NCBI GenBank assembly: GCA_033762915.1
Contig: JANRLD010000035.1
Span: forward strand, 1 to 21,537
Source: Meiothermus sp.
Lineage (GTDB): Bacteria; Deinococcota; Deinococci; Deinococcales; Thermaceae
Length of the DNA stretch: 21,537 nucleotides
Reading direction: 5' to 3'
Of this stretch, positions 1 to 8,536 are shown one piece after another. Both the position numbers and the translations under genes were made by a program. How positions within the stretch are numbered: the first letter of the stretch is position 1; every line of letters begins with the position of its first letter. The notes under the pieces are model-generated. The model ran no database searches. It was not told the origin of the DNA and was given only the letters and a program-made list of their open reading frames with translations.

Positions 1-265
1 CCATGTCCGCATCCTCGGCGAAGTGCTCCATCATGGCCCGCCAGACCCCCTTCTCGGCCCAGCGGTCGAACCGCTTGAACACGCTGTTCCACTCCCCGTA
101 ACTCCCCGGTAGCAGCCGCCACTGCGCCCCGCTCCTGGCTACCCACAACACGCCCTCCACGAACCGCTTGCACTCCCTCGGCTTGCCGATGTACACGTCT
201 GACCGCGTTCGCAGAAAACCCTTGATCCGCTTCCACTCTGATGCGCTCAGTTTGACCTTTGTCAC
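1..265 (-). CDS. IS5-family transposase, N-terminal 88 codons (partial; not in ORF track)
   Basis: Manual translation from GTG at 265: MTKVKLSASEWKRIKGFLRTRSDVYIGKPRECKRFVEGVLWVARSGAQWRLLPGSYGEWNSVFKRFDRWAEKGVWRAMMEHFAEDADM. The LW..R.G..WR.LP..YG.W.SV..RF.RW...GVW pattern is the IS5 N-terminal (DUF4096-type) signature. Confidence 0.92.
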   Translation of the reverse strand, partial: MTKVKLSASEWKRIKGFLRTRSDVYIGKPRECKRFVEGVLWVARSGAQWRLLPGSYGEWNSVFKRFDRWAEKGVWRAMMEHFAEDADM

Positions 266-272
266 CCAATAA

Positions 273-300
273 ACCCTACAGCTTTGTCCCTAAATGTCAA
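273..300 (-). promoter_or_regulatory. Putative transposase promoter TTGACA-N16-TAGGGT, 7 nt before the GTG start
   Basis: Consensus -35 inside the IR (295-300) and a TANNNT -10 at 273-278; the spacing suggests a leaderless transcript. Confidence 0.6.
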
Positions 301-318
301 CACGGCCTAGCGAGACAC

Positions 319-3300
319 TCAATCTCCTGCTGCCGGGGCCACGTTGTCCATCAGCTGCAGGCGCTCCTTCTCGTAGCGTCTGCGCTCGAACTGGAAGAAG
401 GCGGCAGGCACCACGAACAGTGTCAGCAGGGTCGAGACCGAGACCCCGCCCAGGATGATGATGCCCAGCGGGCGGCGGAACTCCGAGCCCTCGCCGGAGG
501 CGAAGATCAAGGGCAGCGAGATGATCAGCACGGTCAGGGTGGTCATCAGGATCGGGCGCAGTCGCAGCCGGCCCGCCTCGACCAGCGCCTCGTAGAGCGG
601 CCTCTCCCTGGCCTCGCGCACCGCGAAGTCCAGTAGCAGGATCGCGTTCTTGGTCACCAGCCCGATCAGGATCACCACGCCCAGTACCGAGATCACGTCG
701 AGGCCGCTGCGGAAGAAGAACAGGAACCAGAAGGCACCCACCAGGGCCAGCGGCACGGGCAGCAGCAGGTACAGGGGATAGCGGAAGGTGTTGAACTGGC
801 TGGCGATCACCAGGAAGTTGAGCAGCAGGGCCAGCCCGAAGGCGATGGGGGCGCTGGTGGCGAGATCGCCCACGAAGGCGGTGGAGCCCTGCGACTCCAG
901 CCGCACCCCGTCTGTAAACACCCCCGCCTTCTCCAACTCTTGCTGCACCTCCTGGGAGAGCTGGAAGGCCCCGACGCTGCTGCCCGGCGCACGGTTGGCG
1001 TTGAGGCCGGCCGAGAAGGCCTGGTTGGTGCGGGCGAGCTGGGCGGGGGTCTGGCGGCTCTCGAAGCTGCCCACCGAGGCGATGGGGAGGCTGGTGCGCA
1101 GCGCGGGGGAGGTCACAGGCAGCGAGAGCAGGCTGTTCTGATCGGACACGAAGCGGGGGTCGGCCCGCACCACGATGGGGATGTCGTCGCCGCTGGCCCG
1201 TACGTTGCCCGCCTCTACCCCGGCGTTGTAGATGCGCAGCGTCTGGGCCACGTCGTTGGGGGTCAGGCCGGTACCCTCCAGCCGCGCCACGTTGGGGACG
1301 AAGACCCGTTCGTTGGCGGTCTCCTCGAGGCTGCTGGTGACCGTCGTGAGGTAGGGCAGGCCGCGCATGACCTCGAGGGCCAGGGCGTTCTTCTCGGCCA
1401 GCAGTTCGGGGGTGGGGGCGGTCAGGGTGTACTGCAGGTCTGCCGCGCCGCCCGGCCCGCCCTCGGCCACAATCACCCTCAGGTCGGCCTCGGGGTGGTC
1501 GCGCAGCAGCTTGCCGATCTCCTCGCGGTAGACGGGGAGCAGTTCGAAGATGCCCTGGCGTTCTTCCTTGGGCTGCATCTCTACCACGATGGCGGTGCGC
1601 TCGGGGTTGGCGGAGGTCTGCCCGCTGCCGATGGTGGTGAGCACCTGCTTGACCTCGGGCCTCGAGAGCAGCCAGCGCTCGACCCGTTCGCCCAGCATGT
1701 CCGACTCCGAGAGGGCGGTGCCCTTGGGCATTACGATCGTAATGTTGAGCTGCCCGTTGTCGTTGGCGGGGGAGAAGTTGAAGGGGATGCGCGGCCCCAC
1801 AAAGCCGATGCTGAGGAAGAAGCCCAGCCCCACCAGCAGCACCAGCCAGCTCACCTTGAGCGCCCTTGCCAGAGCCCTAGCGTACAACTCGCGCAAAGCC
1901 AAGAAGATCCGCTCCGAACCCGCGTGCAGGCTGCCCGCGATGGCCCCGGCAAAGCCAGCCAGAATCGAAGCCAGCCAGATAAACGGCCCCGAGAGTAGGG
2001 TGAACACTACCGTCAAAACCGTCCCTACCCCGAAGGCCAGCCCGATGTTGCTCGGCGGGATTAAGCCCACCACGCGCACCAAAGTGGCCACTGCCATTGC
2101 TGCAACCACTAAGCCGGTGATCCAGCCCAGCGGGCTGCGCCAGCCTCTGGTCAGGCCCCACATCAAATCCTTGCCAATCAGGGTGATGCGCCGTCCCAGC
2201 TGGCCCCAGGTGGGCGGCTCGGGGTCGGGGAAGTAGGCCAGGCGCACGGTGAGGAAGAAGAGCGCCTCGAGCCAGCTCACAAACACCGCTGCTGCTAGCA
2301 CGATCCCGAACTGCCGGAAGAACTCCCCGATGATGCCCGGCAGAAAGCTGATCGGCATGAACACCGCAATTAGCGAGAGCGTAGCAGCCGAGACTGCCGA
2401 GAGCACCTCGGTGGAGCCCTTGAGCACCGCGTCCTTGGCGCTGTAGCCCATGGCGCGGTAGCGCTCGATGTTCTCCGCTACCACGATGGAGTCGTCCACC
2501 ACGATCCCCACCGCCAAGATGATGGCCAGCAGGCTGATGATGTTGTAAGTGAAACCCAGCAGCCCGAAGACCAGCAGCGAGCCCGCCAGGGTGATGGGGA
2601 TTGCCACCACCACGCTGAAGACCGAGTTGAGCTTGCCGATGAAGATCAGGGTGATGAGCGTGACCACCCCGGCCACGATGAAGACTTCCTTCACCGTGTC
2701 TTCCACCGTGGCCTCGATGAAGGTGGTGGTGTCGCCCACCGCCCTGGCCTGGTAGCCCGCGGGCAGCCGGGCCTTGTTCACGGTGTCCTTGATGCCCTGG
2801 GCCACGCTTACGGCGTTGGCGTCGGGGGTCTTGCGGATTGACAGCAGCACCACCGGGTCGCCCGAAAGGCGGGTCAGGCGGGTCGGCTCGGCCTGGGCGT
2901 CGCGCACCACCCCCACGTCGCTGACGGTGATGCCGCGCTGGGCATCGATCAGTATGGTCGCGACCTGCTGGGGGTTGGCGGGCTGGTTGCGCAGGGTGAA
3001 CAAGAGCCGTCGCCCGTCCGCCGATTGGCTGCCTGCCGGAACTGCCAAGGCCGAAGCTTGGATGGCCCCCACGATCTGCGAGGGCGAGAGGTTGTACTGC
3101 GAAACCTTGAAGGGGTCGAGCAGCACCTGCACCTGGCGGGTCGGCGCACCCTGAACTTGGATATCCGCCACCCCTGAGACCAGCTGGAGTTGCGGCTTGA
3201 GCACATCCTCGGCGTAGGTGGCGACTTCGCGCAGGTCGCGCCCGTCGGCGGACAGGGCGATGAAGACGATGGGGGCCGCCGCAGGGTCGAAGCGCTGGAC

Positions 3301-3690
3301 CACCGGGGCCTGGGCGTCGCGCGGCAACTGCCCGCGCACCGCCGCCACCCGCTGCGAAACGTCGGTGGCGACGCGGTTGATGTCCTCGCCGAAGTTAAAT
3401 GAGACGATCACCTGCGAGAAGCCTTCGCCCGAGATCGAGGCCACCTGGTCGAGGCCGGAGAGCGTGGAGACCGAGTCCTCGATCTTGCGGCTGACCTGGG
3501 TCTCGACCTCCTCGGGGCCCGCGCCGGGGTAGGTGGTGGTCACCGCGACTACTGGGACGTCGAAGCGCGGCAGCAAGTCCACCCCGACCCGGCTCCCCGC
3601 GATGGCGCCGAACAGCACCAGCGCCAGGAATGCCGCCGTCGAGAAGACGAAGCGCTCGACGAAGAACTTAATTAGGGGGTTTTCTTTCAT
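319..3690 (-). CDS. RND efflux permease, AcrB/AcrD/AcrF family (1123 aa)
   Basis: YPGAGPEEVE, proton-relay motifs GIVVDDSIVVAEN and GLVTKNAILLLDF, and RLRPILMTT. Start reassigned to ATG 3690 (MKENPLIKFFVER), preceded by AAGGGG. Confidence 0.96.
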   Translation of the reverse strand: MKENPLIKFFVERFVFSTAAFLALVLFGAIAGSRVGVDLLPRFDVPVVAVTTTYPGAGPEEVETQVSRKIEDSVSTLSGLDQVASISGEGFSQVIVSFNFGEDINRVATDVSQRVAAVRGQLPRDAQAPVVQRFDPAAAPIVFIALSADGRDLREVATYAEDVLKPQLQLVSGVADIQVQGAPTRQVQVLLDPFKVSQYNLSPSQIVGAIQASALAVPAGSQSADGRRLLFTLRNQPANPQQVATILIDAQRGITVSDVGVVRDAQAEPTRLTRLSGDPVVLLSIRKTPDANAVSVAQGIKDTVNKARLPAGYQARAVGDTTTFIEATVEDTVKEVFIVAGVVTLITLIFIGKLNSVFSVVVAIPITLAGSLLVFGLLGFTYNIISLLAIILAVGIVVDDSIVVAENIERYRAMGYSAKDAVLKGSTEVLSAVSAATLSLIAVFMPISFLPGIIGEFFRQFGIVLAAAVFVSWLEALFFLTVRLAYFPDPEPPTWGQLGRRITLIGKDLMWGLTRGWRSPLGWITGLVVAAMAVATLVRVVGLIPPSNIGLAFGVGTVLTVVFTLLSGPFIWLASILAGFAGAIAGSLHAGSERIFLALRELYARALARALKVSWLVLLVGLGFFLSIGFVGPRIPFNFSPANDNGQLNITIVMPKGTALSESDMLGERVERWLLSRPEVKQVLTTIGSGQTSANPERTAIVVEMQPKEERQGIFELLPVYREEIGKLLRDHPEADLRVIVAEGGPGGAADLQYTLTAPTPELLAEKNALALEVMRGLPYLTTVTSSLEETANERVFVPNVARLEGTGLTPNDVAQTLRIYNAGVEAGNVRASGDDIPIVVRADPRFVSDQNSLLSLPVTSPALRTSLPIASVGSFESRQTPAQLARTNQAFSAGLNANRAPGSSVGAFQLSQEVQQELEKAGVFTDGVRLESQGSTAFVGDLATSAPIAFGLALLLNFLVIASQFNTFRYPLYLLLPVPLALVGAFWFLFFFRSGLDVISVLGVVILIGLVTKNAILLLDFAVREARERPLYEALVEAGRLRLRPILMTTLTVLIISLPLIFASGEGSEFRRPLGIIILGGVSVSTLLTLFVVPAAFFQFERRRYEKERLQLMDNVAPAAGD

Positions 3691-3715
3691 GCGTCGCCCC
3701 TTGGTGATGAACACA

Positions 3716-3814
3716 GCGCAAAGAGGGAGAAAGGAGGTAGGAGAAACCACCCGGGCGCTGCCTTGTCCGGCGCGGGGTTCCTCCCTTTGCTGTTTGCTGG
3801 TTCCTCTTTCCTCC
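3716..3814. repeat. Degenerate purine-arm/pyrimidine-arm inverted repeat between the MFP and RND genes
   Basis: GCAAAGAGGGAGAAAGGAGGTAGGAGAAACC ... GGTTCCTCCCTTTGC...GGTTCCTCTTTCCTCC. Confidence 0.55.
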
Positions 3815-3826
3815 AGAAGGTTCCGC

Positions 3827-5143
3827 TCACTGCACCACCTCGACCGCGTTCCCCGCGTTCAGGCTCACCGGCACCGGGAAGACCACCTGGCTGCCCGCGT
3901 TCAGGCCGGTAATGGCGGCCCTCGAGCCGGTGTCGCCGAGCACCTGCACGGCGGCCCTGGCGGCCTTGCCATCGCGGATGACGTAGACGTAGGTGTTGCG
4001 GCCTTCGGTCTGCAAAGCCCCGGAGGGCACCAGCACCCCTCGAGCCAGGGTGAGGGTGTAGTTCACTTGGGCGTTGCCGCCGGGGGGAAGCACGCCGTTG
4101 ACCCGCGCGACGATCTCGACCAGGCGGTCGGTGCCGGGGACACGGGCGCTGCGGATCACTCGAGCGCCGAAGGTCTTGCCGCCGAAGATCACGTTCACCC
4201 GGCTGTCAATCGGCAGCCCGCCAGCGTCCTCGGGGGTCAGGCGGAAGCTGGCCTCGATGCGGCTGGTGTCGGCCAGCCGGAAGGCGCGGGTTCCGATGTT
4301 AACGAACTCGCCAGGGTTCACGAAGCTCTCCACCATCACGCCCGCGTAGGGGGCGCGGATGGTGCCGTCACCGACCGAGCGCCGGGCCTGGGCCAGCTGG
4401 TTCTCGGCCTGCTGGATCTGCAGGCGCAGCAGGGCCAGGTCTTCGCGCTGGGCGCGGCCTGCGCGGGCTAGGCTCTCCCGGGCGTTGTCTGCACCGGCCT
4501 GGGCCTGGTTGAGGGCGGCTTCGAGGTTGGTCAGGTCCACCTGCGAGATGGCCCCGGCCTTGAACAGCTGCTGCCCCTCGGTGTACCGCCGCTGGGCTGC
4601 CGAGAGGTTGGCCTGGGCCGCCTCGAGCGAGGCCTGTAGGGGGGCCAGCGAGCCCGAGGTCTGCCGCTGGGCGCGCTCGAGGTTGACGCGGGCGGTCTGC
4701 ACCCCGAGCTGGGCGTTCTGCAGGGCGGTCTGGGCGTTGGCGTTGTCGAGGCGGATCACCGCCTGGTTGGCCTCCACCCGGCTGCCTTCCTGCACCAAGA
4801 CTTCCAGCACCCGGCCCGAGGCCGTCGCGGCCACCTGGGACTCCCTGGCCGGCGAAAGCGTAACCCCAGTTGTCCGCGTGGTGGTCAGTGTCCCTTGCTG
4901 CACCTCGACCGCCCGCACCTTCACGCTCTGCTGCACGGCGGGCGCTTCGGCCGCGGCGGGTGCCTCGGCCTGCGCCGCCCGGCGCGGGTTGCAGGCGACC
5001 AGGACCAGCGAGGCCACACCGATTAGCAAGAGGCGCGGGAGCACGGATGGGGAGAGCGGGAGCGGGGGAGCGGGGGAGAAGCCAGCTGCCCCCATGTCCC
5101 CTCGTTCCTCGTTCCTCGTTCCTCGTTCCTCTCTATTCATCAT
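3827..5143 (-). CDS. RND periplasmic adaptor (membrane fusion) lipoprotein
   Basis: Lipobox LVLVAC, lipoyl-like halves (SGRVLEVLVQEGSRVEANQ; IRAPYAGVM) flanking a long Ala/Gln coiled coil. ATGA overlap with the upstream gene; alternative start ATG at 5095. Confidence 0.93.
   Translation of the reverse strand: MMNREERGTRNEERGDMGAAGFSPAPPLPLSPSVLPRLLLIGVASLVLVACNPRRAAQAEAPAAAEAPAVQQSVKVRAVEVQQGTLTTTRTTGVTLSPARESQVAATASGRVLEVLVQEGSRVEANQAVIRLDNANAQTALQNAQLGVQTARVNLERAQRQTSGSLAPLQASLEAAQANLSAAQRRYTEGQQLFKAGAISQVDLTNLEAALNQAQAGADNARESLARAGRAQREDLALLRLQIQQAENQLAQARRSVGDGTIRAPYAGVMVESFVNPGEFVNIGTRAFRLADTSRIEASFRLTPEDAGGLPIDSRVNVIFGGKTFGARVIRSARVPGTDRLVEIVARVNGVLPPGGNAQVNYTLTLARGVLVPSGALQTEGRNTYVYVIRDGKAARAAVQVLGDTGSRAAITGLNAGSQVVFPVPVSLNAGNAVEVVQ
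5050..5131. repeat. Tandem heptamer (GTTCCTC)x4 at 5104-5131 plus GAGCGGG(GG) repeats at about 5050-5080, inside the 5' end of the MFP gene
   Basis: Read directly from the sequence; the G-rich and C-rich arms face each other. Confidence 0.85.
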
Positions 5144-6141
5144 CGTCCCCCCGCCTGCAGGCTGTAGAACGCCCGGAAGTAATTGCCCTGGGCCTGCTGG
5201 GCCGCCAGCTCGGCCTGAATAAAGGTGAGTTCGGACTGCTGGAAGGTTAGGGCGCTGATCAGGCCCGAGCTGAGGCGGCGGCGGTCGTTCTCCAGGGCCT
5301 CTCGGGCGTTGGCCAGTGCCTGCTGCTGGATCGAAAGCGAGCGGAAGGCGGCAGCGGCGTTTTGTTGCAGGGAGTCGTAGTTGAGGCTAAAGCCGCGCTC
5401 GATCTCGCGCGCTCCGGCGCCGGCCTGCTCGGCCCTGGCCTTGGCGGCGTCGATGTCGGCCTGGGCGGCGTAGGCCGGGTCAAGCAGCTCGACCTGCATG
5501 GTGGCCAGGGCCACGCGCTGGCGGGCCTGGATGATGTCGGGGCTCTTGTCCATCAGGGCTTTCACGGCGTTATCGTCGGGAACGGCGGGGGCGGCGGGCA
5601 GGGGCGCGAGGTTGCCGAAGGCCCCCACCAGGCTGCGCAGGCTGTTTTGGGCCAGGGTCAGGCCGTTGGCGGCGCGGGTGGCGTTGGAGCGGGCGTCGTC
5701 CTGACGGTTCTGGGCGTTGCGCAGGTCGAGCGCGGTGCCGGAGCCGTTGCGCTGGCGGATCTGTGCGACCTCCACCCCGCGGGTGGCGATCTCCAGGCCT
5801 TTTTGGGCCAGGCGGTTCTGGATGTTGGCCTCGAGCACCTGCGCGTAGGCCCCGGCGATAGAGTTTTGAGCCTGCGCCACCGACCGGTCCAGGTTGGCCT
5901 GGGCCAGCGCGGCCCGCTGCTCGGCCTGTACGCGGGCGGGGCGGGTCAGGAGCGGGTCGGAGAGGACGCGCTGGAGGTTGGCCTGGGCGTCTGCCAGCTC
6001 GGTGCGGGCCGAGGCCACGGGCGCTTGCTCGCTGGCCTTGGCTAGGGCGCCCTCGAGGGTCAGGTTGGGGGCCTGGGCCTGGGCGGCGGCGACCGAGAGG
6101 GCGAGCAGGGCGGCGGAGAGTAGGGCGGGGACGGGTTTCAT
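5140..6141 (-). CDS. TolC-family outer membrane efflux protein, short form (333 aa)
   Basis: Signal peptide ending AQA, LTLEGALAKA start, OEP-type helical repeats (RQRNGSGTALDLRNAQ; RLSSGLISALTFQQSE), SD AGGAG. Confidence 0.8.
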   Translation of the reverse strand: MKPVPALLSAALLALSVAAAQAQAPNLTLEGALAKASEQAPVASARTELADAQANLQRVLSDPLLTRPARVQAEQRAALAQANLDRSVAQAQNSIAGAYAQVLEANIQNRLAQKGLEIATRGVEVAQIRQRNGSGTALDLRNAQNRQDDARSNATRAANGLTLAQNSLRSLVGAFGNLAPLPAAPAVPDDNAVKALMDKSPDIIQARQRVALATMQVELLDPAYAAQADIDAAKARAEQAGAGAREIERGFSLNYDSLQQNAAAAFRSLSIQQQALANAREALENDRRRLSSGLISALTFQQSELTFIQAELAAQQAQGNYFRAFYSLQAGGR

Positions 6142-6151
6142 GGGACTCCTT

Positions 6152-6298
6152 GGAATGGGGAACTGGGGACGGGGGGCTTGGGGTGAAAGGCAAGAAGGTC
6201 AAAGGGTGAAAAGTGGAAGAGGGCCTGATGGGCGGGTGTTTGCGCTCTCTTTCCTCCTTCTTGACTCGCCTTGAACTCGCGGCTCATAGCTCACGGCT
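6152..6298. repeat. Degenerate 7-bp-periodic repeat tract between the two TolC-family genes
   Basis: GGAATGG GGAACTG GGGACGG ... AAAGGGT GAAAAGT GGAAGAG, then a pyrimidine arm and GGCTCAT AGCTCAC GGCT. Confidence 0.65.
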
Positions 6299-7664
6299 AG
6301 CGGTTGACCTCGCTGACCGGCAGTGCATAAAAGCGGTACAGGTCCAGAATCCGGCTGGTTCTCGAGAGCTGGGCCTGCTCGAGGGCCAGCAGTGCCTGGG
6401 CCAGGCCCAGCTCGGCTTGGACGGTGGCGAGGGGGCTGGTGAGGCCCAGGCGCTCGCGCTCCCTGGCTTCGGCCAGGGTCTTCTCGGCGTCGGCGCGGCC
6501 CTGGACGGCGTTGGCAAGGTTGAGGTCGGCGGTCTGGAGCTGGCTGCGGAGCAGGTCTTCCTGGGTCTTGGCGTTTCGCCGGGCGGCCTCGACGGCCTGG
6601 TTGGCGGCATCCACTTGTTTCTGCGCGGCCTCGAGGGCGTCCACCACCCCCAGCGCGATGGTGGCACTGAACCCGATGGTGAAGGTGCCGTCGATGCGCA
6701 CGCTCGGTTCGGTGCGGGCCTGAGAGGTGTTGGAGTAGGAGATCGAGGGCTGGAGGGTGCGCGAGTTGATGGAGGCGGTGAGGCTGTCGTTGGGTGAGGT
6801 GTTGCGGGTGTAGCTGGCGTTGAGCACCGGCAGAACGCCCCGAATTGCGCCGTCGTACTGCACCTGGGCACTGCCGACCCCGAACTGGGCCTGCCGGACG
6901 CTGGGCGGGGTCTGCGGCGGGGGGAGCGCGACGGCGGGCGGGGCCGCGTCCGCGCTGCCCAGCAGGTCGGAAAGGCTTTGCCTCGCCAGGGCCAGGCTGC
7001 GCTCGGCGTCAGAGACCTGGATGGCAGCGCTGCGCACCTGGGCCTCGGCCTGGCGCACCTCGCCGGGGTTGGCGGCGTCCCGCTGGGCGCGGATGCGGGT
7101 GGCCTCGAGGCTGGCCTGGGCCAGCCGCTGTGCGGCGCGGGCGACCTCCAGACCGGCCTGGGCCAGCCGGATCCGTAGCGCACCCTCGATGGCACTGGCC
7201 TCGAGCTGAGCCCTGGCGCTGCGCAGCCCCAGCGCAGCCTGCTCGGCCCCGATCTGGGCGCGGTTCAGCGCGTCGGCTACGTCGCCGAAGGGGATCGGGG
7301 TGAAGCTCAGCCCCACTTGAACCTGCCGCCCGTCTGAGGGCAGGGCCACGCACTGCGCGGCAGTGGCGGGGCTGCGGCAGGCGGGGTCGGTGCTGGGCAG
7401 CGGGTCGCGGTTCTGGAAAAAGCTGAACCCGCCCTGCGTGTTGAGGCTCACTGGGCTTTGTATGGCCCGCACCTGGGCCTGCGCCGCCTCGAGGCCCAGC
7501 CGGGCCTGCACGATGCTGGGGTGGTTCTCGAGGGGGGCGAAAAACGACTGGGCTGCGCCGAGGGAGGAAAGAGGAAGGAGGAAAGATAAGAAAGAGACCA
7601 CTAGGGCTGTTGACTTCTCCCTCCTCTTTCCCCTGTTCTCTTGCCTCTGCGCTTTGCCGTTCAT
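6297..7664 (-). CDS. TolC-family outer membrane efflux protein (455 aa)
   Basis: ENHPSIVQARLGLEAAQAQ, two OEP-like repeats with alternating beta segments (VQVGLSFTP; FTIGFSATIAL), RERLGLTSPLATVQAEL; ATGA overlap with marR. Confidence 0.85.
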   Translation of the reverse strand: MNGKAQRQENRGKRREKSTALVVSFLSFLLPLSSLGAAQSFFAPLENHPSIVQARLGLEAAQAQVRAIQSPVSLNTQGGFSFFQNRDPLPSTDPACRSPATAAQCVALPSDGRQVQVGLSFTPIPFGDVADALNRAQIGAEQAALGLRSARAQLEASAIEGALRIRLAQAGLEVARAAQRLAQASLEATRIRAQRDAANPGEVRQAEAQVRSAAIQVSDAERSLALARQSLSDLLGSADAAPPAVALPPPQTPPSVRQAQFGVGSAQVQYDGAIRGVLPVLNASYTRNTSPNDSLTASINSRTLQPSISYSNTSQARTEPSVRIDGTFTIGFSATIALGVVDALEAAQKQVDAANQAVEAARRNAKTQEDLLRSQLQTADLNLANAVQGRADAEKTLAEARERERLGLTSPLATVQAELGLAQALLALEQAQLSRTSRILDLYRFYALPVSEVNR

Positions 7665-8128
7665 CGTCCCTCCCCGCTTCCTCCGGTGGGCTCGATCAGT
7701 TTTCGGTAGCTCTGTGTTAACATGGCGATCTCCTCGGGACTAAGTCTGGAATAGCGTTCGCGGGACACTTCGCGCCAGCGCTGGTGCAGCTGGGTCAGGA
7801 AGTGTCGGCCCTCCTCGGTGAGCAGAATGCGCACCTTGCGCTTGTTGTCGGCGTCCAGCTCGCGCCGCAACAGGCCGCGCTCCTCGAGCCCAGCCAGGAT
7901 CTGCGAGATGCCCGGCGGCGAGGCGTCGAGCACGAAGGCCAGCGCGGAGGGCTGATCCACGCCTTTCTCCACCGATATCAAGGTGAAGGCCTGCATCGGC
8001 GAGACGCCCAGGGGCTCGAAAGCCCGCTGCTGGTCGAGGCGCATCTGCCAGACCATCCGCATGGTGACCTGCTCGAGCTCCTCGAGGGCCGCGTCCAAGC
8101 TGTCGGTGGATGAAAACTTCATGCCCAT
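7661..8128 (-). CDS. MarR-family transcriptional regulator
   Basis: Winged-helix pattern ISQILAGLEERGLLRRELDADNKRKVRILLTEEG; first gene of the efflux operon. Start could be 8122. Confidence 0.93.
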   Translation of the reverse strand: MGMKFSSTDSLDAALEELEQVTMRMVWQMRLDQQRAFEPLGVSPMQAFTLISVEKGVDQPSALAFVLDASPPGISQILAGLEERGLLRRELDADNKRKVRILLTEEGRHFLTQLHQRWREVSRERYSRLSPEEIAMLTQSYRKLIEPTGGSGEGR

Positions 8129-8130
8129 GA

Positions 8131-8145
8131 AATATTAGTCTTATT
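8131..8145. promoter_or_regulatory. Candidate MarR operator / -10 region (ATTAG-T-CTTAT imperfect palindrome)
   Basis: AT-rich near-palindrome immediately upstream of the marR start, overlapping TAATAT on the minus strand. Confidence 0.35.
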
Positions 8146-8464
8146 GTGGGATGTCGAGTTGGTTATTTGCCACATTCGGCCCCGAGCGGTGCTGGGGTGG
8201 GACGCGACTCCGCTCGGCCCGCGGCCGGGGGGATGGCGACCCACTCGGCGTCGAGGCAGTTCCTGAGCTTGGAAAATCACGACCCCTCGCCTGACCCTTC
8301 CCCCTTGCCGCATCAACCAGGTCACAGCTCGCCTTACCAACAATTCACGTAAAGTCGGCAATGCCGCTCGAGCAGGACGCGCGGGCGCATAACCCTTCGA
8401 AATGTGACCTGGGAGGGGGCGTGAATTACGACAATTATCTCGGCGTTATGCGTTGTATCCGTAC

Positions 8465-8492
8465 TTCCATTTTGTTAAATGCCGATTACAAT
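8465..8492 (+). promoter_or_regulatory. Candidate sigma70-type promoter for the esterase (TTCCAT-N16-TACAAT)
   Basis: Near-consensus -10 in an AT-rich patch about 45 nt upstream of the ATG. Confidence 0.4.
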
Positions 8493-8536
8493 GCCCCTAT
8501 GTCCGGTTCTCTCGCCCACCCCACGGGAGGTGGTTT

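Larger units (their letters stand above)
1..307 (-). mobile_element. IS5-family (IS427-group-like) insertion sequence, left end only; runs off the window
   Basis: The minus strand reads TA|GGCCGTGTTGACATTTAGGG from 309, a plausible left terminal IR next to a TA/CTAG target site (307-310), followed by a transposase N-terminus. The right IR is outside the window, so the boundary is unconfirmed. Confidence 0.85.
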
